DNA of 32,000 bases from contig JAWOFX010000007.1 of NCBI GenBank assembly GCA_046497275.1, positions 83,098 to 115,097 on the forward strand. Direction: 5' to 3'. The stretch is from Promethearchaeia archaeon (GTDB taxonomy: Archaea; Asgardarchaeota; Lokiarchaeia; Sigyniarchaeales; SOKP01). The notes beneath the pieces are model-generated. The model worked only from the letters and a program-made list of their open reading frames with translations. It made no database searches and was not told where the DNA came from. The position numbers and the translations under genes were made by a program. This document shows, piece by piece, positions 8,352-17,124 of this stretch. Positions within the stretch are counted from its first letter, which is position 1, and each line of letters begins with the position of its first letter.

Positions 8352-9935
8352 ATGGGAAGCCGTAAATCAGCTATGTCGGATGACTCTATTGTTGTAATTA
8401 AACCCGAAGCGTACTATAAAATGTTAGTTCATATTTTGAGATTTGGGGCAAAAACAATCCAGGGACGTGGTTATAAAGAAGTAATGGGAATACTAATTGG
8501 TCGTTTAGAGGGAGACGGGACGAGAAAAAATGTAATAGTAGAGGATGCAGTGCCTATTTCTCATGGAGGGTCAATTGAAGTAAGATTTGCTCCCGAAGAT
8601 TATGTTAGCTTCTCTATGATTGACGAGAGATTTGCTAAGGAGAATTTATTTAGCGTTGGCTGGTATCATTCCCATCCTGCTCTCGATATCTTTTTTTCAG
8701 GTACAGATATTATGAATCAATTAGGATGGCAAACAGCTAATCCTAGTGCTATCGGAATTGTGTTCGATCATACCTATTTGGAAAAACCTGGAGATTTAGG
8801 TTTTCGAACTTTTAGATTAGATGATCCTTCTAAAGGAGAGTCTTCAGGTTATCATGAAGTCAAAACAAAGGTTGAAGAGCCTGATAGCTTAGAATTTTAT
8901 AATAGAATTATAGATTTAATTTCAAGTATTAATACTGGAGAGCCTCCTATTCTCGAGATAAATGAAACCACTGATATTTTGGGGGAGATATCCTTTCCCT
9001 CTGATGGTGAATTGATGGTTAAAAAGCCAGAAAAAAGTACAAATAAGATTTTAGACAATTTGAAAATTGGTCTGTTTAATATTTTGGAGGCAATATTAGA
9101 ACCGATCTTGAACCGATATAATGAGTGGGGTCAAAATCTTTTAATAACGGTTATGAATCAAAATCTTTCTTTAAAAGATAATTTAATCAATGTTAAAGAT
9201 ATCCTTAAAAATCAATTTAAAGATATCCAAAAGGATTTTAAAACCAACCTTAATGACTTTTTTAATGATTTGGAATTTTTCATTGACGATAAATTAGACA
9301 TTTTAGATAAAAAAGTCGAGGAAATTAATAATACCTTAACAAATTTAGAAGAAGATTTATCAAATCAGATAAACCGCACGATAACGGAAATAAAAGAGAA
9401 AAATATTCATAACATTGATGAAATTTATCAAAAAGGAATCAGTAATTTTGCCGAAATGAGAGAAAATAGTGAAATGAATGAGGATTTAATAAGCAAGCAA
9501 AAAACTTTATTAAATACTTTAATTGAACAGCAAAATACTATTCAAGAAGAAATTGAGGTGGAAATTTCTACACATTTAGCCAAAAAATCTGAAGAATTTG
9601 AGAAAAAATATCAAATAATTAATAAAATTATTGATAAATCTGAAAAAAGGGCTGAATCCCTACAATCTAAGTTCATGGATTCATTATCAATATTAGAAAG
9701 CTCAGTAGACCCATTAAAAGATAAAATAGAAGGATTAAATACTGATAAAAAAGTACTCCAAAATAAAATAGATAAAGCTCATTCAAAAATTAATGATTAT
9801 GAGAAACAGATTAATAATTTAGAAAAGGATAATGAAAAGTTAAAGGAAGATCTTAGTAAATTTAAAGAGGAAAATCAAGATCTCTCAAAAAAAATTAAAA
9901 AATTAGAGAAAAAGGTGGAAAATACCAATGGATAG
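8352..9935 (+). CDS. JAB/MPN (JAMM) metalloprotease, catalytically intact (MPN+), fused to a ~300-aa coiled coil
   Basis: KEVMGILIG Glu; GWYHSHPALDIFFSGTD matches H-x-H-x7-S-x2-D; heptad-rich C-terminus (e.g. LQNKIDKAHSKINDYEKQINNLEKDNEKLKEDL). The real start may be the second Met (MSDD). Confidence 0.9.
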   Translation: MGSRKSAMSDDSIVVIKPEAYYKMLVHILRFGAKTIQGRGYKEVMGILIGRLEGDGTRKNVIVEDAVPISHGGSIEVRFAPEDYVSFSMIDERFAKENLFSVGWYHSHPALDIFFSGTDIMNQLGWQTANPSAIGIVFDHTYLEKPGDLGFRTFRLDDPSKGESSGYHEVKTKVEEPDSLEFYNRIIDLISSINTGEPPILEINETTDILGEISFPSDGELMVKKPEKSTNKILDNLKIGLFNILEAILEPILNRYNEWGQNLLITVMNQNLSLKDNLINVKDILKNQFKDIQKDFKTNLNDFFNDLEFFIDDKLDILDKKVEEINNTLTNLEEDLSNQINRTITEIKEKNIHNIDEIYQKGISNFAEMRENSEMNEDLISKQKTLLNTLIEQQNTIQEEIEVEISTHLAKKSEEFEKKYQIINKIIDKSEKRAESLQSKFMDSLSILESSVDPLKDKIEGLNTDKKVLQNKIDKAHSKINDYEKQINNLEKDNEKLKEDLSKFKEENQDLSKKIKKLEKKVENTNG

Positions 9936-11271
9936 TGAAGAGAAAAATGATATATCAGTAATTATTAAAAAAGAAGCATTTAGAAATATTTTAGCGCATA
10001 TTTTACGATTTAGTCATGAATCTTTAGAGGAAAGCTTGGAAACTAGGGGATATTGTTTAGGAAATATTGAGAATCAAAAAAAAATCATAATAAAAAACGC
10101 TATCCCTGTCTCTCATGGTAATCAAATTAATGCACTTTTTTCCCAAGATCATTTAGATATAATAAAGAAGATTGAGGAAAAATATCAAACACAAAATTTA
10201 GATTTAATTGGATGGTATATTTCTCACCCTTCAAATGGATTTAATTGGGTAGAAAATGATATTCAACATCATTTAAAAATACAAAATGAAAATAGACCTA
10301 ATGCATTTTGTATGATTTTCGATCCTACTCATCTTAGAGAAGATGACGAGTTTAAACTTAAAATTTATAGCTTGAAAGATTACAAAGATGGAACAGAGGG
10401 TAAAAAATTGAATTTAATCTATAAAATTGAAAAACCAAGCAGTCTAGATTATTTTAAATGGGTCCAAAAGTTTGTTGAGGATTACCATAAAAGTAATCCT
10501 ATATTAATAAAAGAAATTGAAGAAGTTTTGGAAAAAAAACCTGAGACATTACAAGAAATTCCTCTGAATGAAATTCAGGAATCAGAGAAAGATATGCTTA
10601 AAATCTCTTCAGAATACATAAAAAGAAACGATGAATTTGTTGATATGTTGAATAATTTATTTCAAACCGAAATCAATCAATGGATGGAAGAGATCAATCA
10701 AGGTGCTATTCTCGGCAATGAGAAGTTACTAACCAGTACAATTAAGATGAAGAAAAATCTTTCTCAGGGTATGAAAAGACTGAAGAATTGGTTTGAAAAT
10801 CTACTAACTGAACAATCTGGTGGATTTAAAAAGATTGTACAGAATTATATTGAAAATCGCATTAAAGAAATTATAAATTTGGAAAGTAGAATTTCTGAAC
10901 AATCCCAGTCGATAATAAATAATTCCAATGAAACTATCAAGGATAAAACTGAAACATATAGTAACCAAGTCAAAGAGAAGATTGAGGGATTAAAAACATT
11001 ATCAGAGGAAGTCTCATCTTTTATCTCCAGTAATTTAAATGAGGCACAATCGGTTTTTGATACAAATCAAAAATTAAAGAATGACATCAAAGAATTCTCA
11101 GAAAAAATAATTCAAAAATCAAAATCACAATTCGACGATATCATTGATCAAGAGATAAATAGAATGGATAAAATAATAGAAATTAATAGAGATATAAATC
11201 ACAGATATAATGATATTGAAGAAAATGTAAAGAAATTAGAAAAAGCAATTCTAAATCTTAGGAATTTATAA
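9928..11271 (+). CDS. JAB/MPN-domain protein with degenerate JAMM motif (MPN-, predicted inactive) fused to a long coiled coil
   Basis: Aligns to the upstream paralog (ETRGYCLG; KNAIPVSHG; AFCMIFDP), but the motif reads GWYISHPSNGFNWVEND, with the first His replaced by Ile and Ser by Val. The start overlaps the upstream gene by 8 bp and has GGTGG upstream. Confidence 0.85.
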   Translation: MDSEEKNDISVIIKKEAFRNILAHILRFSHESLEESLETRGYCLGNIENQKKIIIKNAIPVSHGNQINALFSQDHLDIIKKIEEKYQTQNLDLIGWYISHPSNGFNWVENDIQHHLKIQNENRPNAFCMIFDPTHLREDDEFKLKIYSLKDYKDGTEGKKLNLIYKIEKPSSLDYFKWVQKFVEDYHKSNPILIKEIEEVLEKKPETLQEIPLNEIQESEKDMLKISSEYIKRNDEFVDMLNNLFQTEINQWMEEINQGAILGNEKLLTSTIKMKKNLSQGMKRLKNWFENLLTEQSGGFKKIVQNYIENRIKEIINLESRISEQSQSIINNSNETIKDKTETYSNQVKEKIEGLKTLSEEVSSFISSNLNEAQSVFDTNQKLKNDIKEFSEKIIQKSKSQFDDIIDQEINRMDKIIEINRDINHRYNDIEENVKKLEKAILNLRNL

Positions 11272-11337
11272 TAATCCTTTTTTTATTTAAAGTAAAAAGA
11301 TTAGGGAATCAAATATATTTATTGAACTGATATCGCA

Positions 11338-11613
11338 TCAGAAAAATTTTAAACTTGAGACCATTGATACCCTTAATTTATATTTTGGAATATTAGTACT
11401 TAGTCTTTTTAACTCGTTTCGTTTTGCAAGATTACTCAAAATTCTCCCTATCCTATCTACTTTAATATCAATTCCGTAATTGTCGCTAAGAACGGAACTT
11501 ATTTTATAAGAGGATAGGATTACTACTTCAGAAATACTTTTTTCGCACAATAATTCGATGGCTTCTTTAATAAGTCCTAATAAGCTTTCCTTGTCATTAA
11601 CTTTCTTTTCCAT
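11338..11613 (-). CDS. Small hypothetical protein, possibly winged-helix-like (~91 aa)
   Basis: ORF in the track starts at TTG 11622; ATG 11613 is preferred. The helix-helix-helix then basic beta pattern (SSYKISSVLSDNYGIDIKVDRIGRILSNLAKRNELKRL...KYKL) suggests a wHTH, but this is inference. Confidence 0.6.
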   Translation of the reverse strand: MEKKVNDKESLLGLIKEAIELLCEKSISEVVILSSYKISSVLSDNYGIDIKVDRIGRILSNLAKRNELKRLSTNIPKYKLRVSMVSSLKFF

Positions 11614-11910
11614 CCTTCTCAAATTTAAATTTTAATGATTTATATTTAAAAGTATTATTAGATATTTTTTAAAATTTTCTCAACTAACTTTTTTTATAAG
11701 AAGTTAGATGTTTAACTTTTATTCTCTATAAGGAGAGAAATGAAAAAAATATTTAATTAACGCTTGAAATTATAAATTAAAATAAAATTTCAAGAAAGAT
11801 ATACTATAATCTGAAAAATAAAAATAATTTAGAAAAAATTAATTTTCTTTTTGAACTTTTAAAATTATATAATTATAAGATTATCTAATAATATACCATA
11901 GAATCAAGAA

Positions 11911-14274
11911 ATGACTAAATCGAACAGTTTTAAAAGAAAAATAAGAAATATCATAAGTGATACATATAAAAAATTGACAAATACTGCCGATACTATAAAA
12001 AATGAGGTCATATTTAAGAAAGTATATCTGAAAGGGGAAGAACCTCCAAAATCTTATGCATTTCAAAAAAAGTTTATTGGACTTTACATATTTTTCGCAA
12101 TTGTATCATTCTTGTTATTATGGGGAGTAAATAATCCTAAAAATATAATAATAATTTATTTAACTTTTGGCAATCCATTTGCATTTGGCAATGCGGCAAT
12201 AGCGATGTATCTGGTTTTATCTTTCATATTAAGTATTGATAAAATAAGATACTACATTTTTGAAGAATTTAGCATTATTAAGCAAATTTTAATTTTTGGG
12301 GCGATATTCGCTGGACTTTTTATTGTATCCATATTAGTCTCTACGAATATTAATTTTATTAGTTATTTATTAGGATTATCATTTATTTGGATATTATTAT
12401 TGAGTAGCAGATTTTATATCTATTCAAGAAAATTTTCAACAAAAATAGAAGCACAATTTATACAAAAATATTCGATATCAAGATATCTGATAATTCTAAT
12501 TGTACCAGTAATTCTTTTAGTTATTTTAGTTATAATTTCCATATTTTACCGTACATTTTTAGTTTTTTTATCACTTGATTTTTTTGGTCCAAGTAGTCCA
12601 AGTGAAGCCGTAAGAGTTTATAATATTGAGATGAAGATTGTAATGCCCCTTATTTATTTTAGTCTAGTTATGACATTTGTTTTTATAATTCTTGAATTCG
12701 TCTCAACTCGACGTAAATTAGAAAGTAGGAGGTCAGGAGCATTTGATAATTTCACTTTTTCTTTAATTGTCTTTTTTATTTTTTTCTTTCAATTATTTCA
12801 AATGAGTATGTTTTTGATATTAAGACCTGAAACTATTGATGCTTTAAAAGCAACTATAGGAGCGACGGGAACCACAGTCACCTATATTTTTTTCTTAGAA
12901 TTTTTTATTTCAATGGTTTTCCTTTATCGAGTCATTCTTAAAATTGGAAAATCCTATGGATGGAGAATATTATTTTTTAAAAGAGATGGTTTAATCTTAT
13001 TTTTTCTTAGTTGTGTTTTAGCTCAAACATTAACCCGGTTTGCTTTATCCAATGAAATAACAAATCAAGAAATAACTGTTTTAGGTAACATATTTCTGGC
13101 AGATAAGTATCTGATATCAATATTAATGATTGTCTTTCTTGGAGCTACCCTATTAATTTATTATATAAAACCACATCAAACATCAATGTTTCTACGATTG
13201 CAAAAAGAAACAGTTAGTGAAGAGGAAAAAGCTATGGATATGATCTACAATCTAATTCGGAGAGAATATATACGAAGAGGTGAAGCTTTTCCTTTAGAGA
13301 TTCTGGAACGGGAATTAATAAAATCTACAAAATTATCAAAAGCTATAATATACTCTTTAATAACGAGATTGGTGGAAAAAGATGTTGATATTGTTTTAAG
13401 AGAAACTAAAGATGATTATAATAGAAAAATAAAATGGATTGATTTTGTTTCAGTGACCGAAAAATTCGAAAGACACGGAACAGCTGATAAAAAAGCAAGA
13501 AAGTACCTTTCTGAGAGATTAATAGAATTCACTTCAGTTAAAAACAAAGATATGAGTAAATTAGGAAGTAATCTAAAAACTGGAAAAGCATCTGACCAAT
13601 TTATAGATTCTTTAATGTCAAGCTATGATAATAGACAAGAACAGTCCAAAAGCGATAAGCAAATTAAGGAATTAAGAGAATTTTCATTTAAACCAGAAGA
13701 TCTCACGGAAGAGACAAAATCTATTTTACTCCAAATTATAAAAGAGGAGTACAAGTATAGAATTGAACAAATAGAGCATTATAAAGATATATTTATCCCG
13801 ATCTCAGAAATTGCTAATTTAATTCAATACAGTACAAAAATTACTTCCGGAAATCTTTATCCGATCCTTGAATTTTTTGACAAAAATGATGTAGAAATAA
13901 AGTTAGTAGAAAATCCTGAGAATTCTGAGGATAAAAAGATTAGAATTATACCGTTTTCAGATGATCAAATGAATTTCTTATTAGCACAATTTAGACCTGA
14001 AGAGTATAAGGAAATAAGAAAATACATATCCCAGAATTTTCTTAAATGTGTTGAAAAGCATAGCCCTACTAAAAATATGGTATATCTATACAGAAATAAA
14101 TATATTAATGAAAATTGGAAACCAATTTTAGGGTATTTGAGAGATAATATTAAATCATATACTGAATGTTTTCTCTATAATCAAAATGTAAATGAATTGG
14201 TAAAACAAATAAATTTAATAAAAAATAGTAAAAGCAAAAAAGAAAGAGAGTCTAACAGTCCTCAGAAAAATTAA
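11911..14274 (+). CDS. Large uncharacterised membrane protein (~10-11 TM) with a cytoplasmic C-terminal region containing two repeats
   Basis: Hydrophobic N-terminal ~420 aa; soluble C-terminal ~360 aa with a duplicated ~80-aa unit (see findings). Confidence 0.85.
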   Translation: MTKSNSFKRKIRNIISDTYKKLTNTADTIKNEVIFKKVYLKGEEPPKSYAFQKKFIGLYIFFAIVSFLLLWGVNNPKNIIIIYLTFGNPFAFGNAAIAMYLVLSFILSIDKIRYYIFEEFSIIKQILIFGAIFAGLFIVSILVSTNINFISYLLGLSFIWILLLSSRFYIYSRKFSTKIEAQFIQKYSISRYLIILIVPVILLVILVIISIFYRTFLVFLSLDFFGPSSPSEAVRVYNIEMKIVMPLIYFSLVMTFVFIILEFVSTRRKLESRRSGAFDNFTFSLIVFFIFFFQLFQMSMFLILRPETIDALKATIGATGTTVTYIFFLEFFISMVFLYRVILKIGKSYGWRILFFKRDGLILFFLSCVLAQTLTRFALSNEITNQEITVLGNIFLADKYLISILMIVFLGATLLIYYIKPHQTSMFLRLQKETVSEEEKAMDMIYNLIRREYIRRGEAFPLEILERELIKSTKLSKAIIYSLITRLVEKDVDIVLRETKDDYNRKIKWIDFVSVTEKFERHGTADKKARKYLSERLIEFTSVKNKDMSKLGSNLKTGKASDQFIDSLMSSYDNRQEQSKSDKQIKELREFSFKPEDLTEETKSILLQIIKEEYKYRIEQIEHYKDIFIPISEIANLIQYSTKITSGNLYPILEFFDKNDVEIKLVENPENSEDKKIRIIPFSDDQMNFLLAQFRPEEYKEIRKYISQNFLKCVEKHSPTKNMVYLYRNKYINENWKPILGYLRDNIKSYTECFLYNQNVNELVKQINLIKNSKSKKERESNSPQKN

Positions 14275-14523
14275 CTTCGATATATGTAATGAAAAGAAGA
14301 ATTAGCAAATTCAAAAAATACCAGAAATAAACATGATGATATTTCTTACTCTCATGGATAGAAAATTTTTAGATCCTTTAATATTTCTTTGATTATAATA
14401 TACCAAATAATCGGAAACCTATTTTAATTAATATTTTTTTTGGCTTTTATTTTAATTCTGAATATTCTTTTTTTTAATTAAATTAACAAATTAATCTATT
14501 TAAAATTAGGATGGCTTGATATT

Positions 14524-16506
14524 ATGGAAAATAATAATAACGAAAATAAAAAAATGGACAAACAAGAACATCGCAAAAAAATGATGCAAGATTTTAAGAG
14601 GAGATTCTTTATCTCTTTGGCTTTAACGATACCAATTTTAATATTTTCTCCTACAATTCAATCTTTATTTGGTATCTCGTTTCAATTTCCCGGTATAACA
14701 ATAATATCTTTCGTTATCTCATCAATAATATTTTTCTATGGAGGATACCCTTTCTTAAAAGGATTACTTGATGAGTTAAAGGATAAACAGCCAGGAATGA
14801 TGACATTAATCGCTGTTGCAATCAGCGTGGCTTATTTCTATAGTACATCTGTTGTATTTAATATCGTAGATGGTAGGATCTTCTTTTGGGAACTTGCCAC
14901 TTTAATCGATGTTATGCTAGTAGGACATTGGATAGAAATGAAATCTGTCATTGGTGCCTCAAGAGCATTAGAAGAATTAGTTAAAATTATGCCAACTGAA
15001 GCACATCTTAAGAAAGATGGAGAAATCATTGATTTAAAAGTTGAAGAATTAAAAAAGGGAGATAAAGTACTTGTTAAACCTGGAGAAAAAATACCCATTG
15101 ACGGAATTGTTATAGATGGAGACACTAGTATAAATCAAGCTATGATTACTGGAGAATCAGAACCCGTACCCAAGAGTAAAGATGATGAAGTTATTGGAGG
15201 CTCGATTAACGGTGATGGTTCAATTACAGTTGAGGTTAAAAAAACCGGAGAAGAAACATATCTTAATCAAGTTGTAGCAATGGTATCAGAAGCTCAAAAA
15301 AGTAGATCCAAAACTCAAGACTTAGCTAATAGAGCTGCTTTCTGGTTAACTAGTATATCTATATCAGTAGGAGTTCTGACATTTATTTTTTGGATTTTTA
15401 TTAACCCTGATATAGCATATGCTATTGAGAGAACTGCGACTGTAATGGTTATTACTTGTCCACATGCTTTAGGTCTAGCTATACCTTTAGTAGTTGCAAG
15501 ATCTACCTCACTCGCCGCTACGTCTGGGTTATTAATACGAGATAGAAAGTCTTTTGAATTCGCGAGGAACATTGAAGCAATAGTATTTGATAAAACAGGC
15601 ACCTTAACGAAAGGGGAATTTGGTGTAACAGATATTATTGATTCCGAAAGCCACACAAATAAGGAAATTTTAACTATTGCCGCTTCCTTGGAAACAAATT
15701 CAGAACATCCGATAGGAAATGGAATTGTGAATTCTGCTAAGGATAAAGATATAGAATTTAGAGAAATAACGAACTTTGAAGCAATTCCAGGTAAAGGTAT
15801 AAAAGCTAAAATTGAAGACATAGAATACAAAGTAGTAAGCCCCGGTTATTTAGAAGAAAACGATATGAATTTCAAAGAAGAGGAAATCGAGGAAGTTAAA
15901 AAGCAAGGCAAAACGATAGTTTATTTATTAAAGAATGAAAAGATAATTGGTGCTATTGCTCTAGCGGATATTATTAGAGAAGAATCTAAGGATGCAATTG
16001 ACAAATTAAAATCTATGGGAATTAAATGCATGATGCTTACCGGAGACAATAGATATGTTGCTCAGTGGGTCGCCGAAGAATTAGGCTTAGATAATGTGAT
16101 TTCTGAAGTGTTACCTGATGAAAAGGCAGAGGAGATCAAAAAATTGAAAGAGGATTATAAAGTCGCAATGGTTGGGGATGGAGTAAATGATGCTCCAGCT
16201 TTAGCTAGTGCAGATGTAGGGATCGCAATCGGGGCTGGAACTGATGTAGCTATAGAAACGGCAGATATTATTCTTGTAAAAAGTGATCCACGGGATGCGG
16301 CAGATATAATTGAATTATCTAAAAAAACATATTCAAAAATGGTCCAAAATTTATGGTGGGCTTCAGGATATAACATAGTTGCTATTCCTCTTGCAGCTGG
16401 AGTTTTAGCTGGAGTTGGAATAGTTCTTCAACCTGCTATTGGTGCATTAATTATGAGTTTAAGCACAGTAATAGTTGCAATCAATGCTCGGCTTCTAAAA
16501 AAATGA
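14524..16506 (+). CDS. copB: Heavy-metal P1B-type ATPase, CopB-like (P1B-3)
   Basis: TGES, CPHALGLAIP (CPH), FDKTGT, GDGVNDAPAL, YN...P and MSLST motifs. Confidence 0.92.
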   Translation: MENNNNENKKMDKQEHRKKMMQDFKRRFFISLALTIPILIFSPTIQSLFGISFQFPGITIISFVISSIIFFYGGYPFLKGLLDELKDKQPGMMTLIAVAISVAYFYSTSVVFNIVDGRIFFWELATLIDVMLVGHWIEMKSVIGASRALEELVKIMPTEAHLKKDGEIIDLKVEELKKGDKVLVKPGEKIPIDGIVIDGDTSINQAMITGESEPVPKSKDDEVIGGSINGDGSITVEVKKTGEETYLNQVVAMVSEAQKSRSKTQDLANRAAFWLTSISISVGVLTFIFWIFINPDIAYAIERTATVMVITCPHALGLAIPLVVARSTSLAATSGLLIRDRKSFEFARNIEAIVFDKTGTLTKGEFGVTDIIDSESHTNKEILTIAASLETNSEHPIGNGIVNSAKDKDIEFREITNFEAIPGKGIKAKIEDIEYKVVSPGYLEENDMNFKEEEIEEVKKQGKTIVYLLKNEKIIGAIALADIIREESKDAIDKLKSMGIKCMMLTGDNRYVAQWVAEELGLDNVISEVLPDEKAEEIKKLKEDYKVAMVGDGVNDAPALASADVGIAIGAGTDVAIETADIILVKSDPRDAADIIELSKKTYSKMVQNLWWASGYNIVAIPLAAGVLAGVGIVLQPAIGALIMSLSTVIVAINARLLKK

Positions 16507-16548
16507 AATCTATAAAAACACAAATTAAGAATAAAAAGACAATGATGT

Positions 16549-16990
16549 ATGAAAAAACTGGAACCAAAGATTTCAATTATGGGTTGTGGAAATGTTGGAA
16601 TGGCATATGCTTATGCGGGGATTATTAAAGCAATTGCAAGGGAGTATATTCTCGTCGATATTGACAAGGAAAGAATAGAAAGGACAAGTAATTGTTTTAA
16701 ACCATACAGCACCGTTTACGAAGATTATTAAAATCAAAGTAGGAAATTATTCCGATATAAATAACTCTGATCTCATTGTTATAACAGCATGTAAAAATCA
16801 AGAACATGAACAAACCAGATTAGAAATTGCAGAAGGAAATATAGAACTTTTTAAAGAAATCAGATACAATTGTATATCTAACCAAATTAATGAGAAAGCT
16901 GAAAAAGATCATCATCAAATGATTTTAGATAATTTTAACTGTTTCAATTTTAATATTATCACCAACCATTCAATCTTGGTTTGTTTATGA
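16549..16990 (+). pseudogene. ldh: L-lactate/malate dehydrogenase family pseudogene (frameshifted and truncated)
   Basis: KISIMGCGNVG Rossmann motif, then LVDIDKERIE. After a +1 shift at ~16681 the frame continues GQVIVLNHTAPFTKIIKIKVGNYSDINNSDLIVITACKNQEHEQTRLEIAEGNIELFKEI, the LDH N-domain. Homology is lost after ~16861 and the frame stops at 16988-16990. The C-terminal catalytic domain is absent. Confidence 0.85.
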
Positions 16991-17124
16991 ATTAATATTT
17001 TTTTACCTCTCAATTTTTGCTCTTAAGTTTATTAACATTTGTATACAATTTTTTTTTAATTATTGAGTAACATGAAAATTAGAAATAAATAGAACTAAAT
17101 AAGATTATCTTTAGTAATAATACT

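Noticed and set aside
8352-11271. Annotating the MPN pair simply as proteasome lid Rpn11/Rpn8
   Set aside because: The coiled-coil tails are far longer than the Rpn11/Rpn8 C-terminal helices and no proteasome or PCI genes are adjacent; orthology cannot be claimed without a phylogeny.
3563-12066. Short antisense ORFs 3563-3748, 5888-6079, 7593-7874 and 11881-12066
   Set aside because: Each lies opposite a well-supported gene and has no recognisable features.
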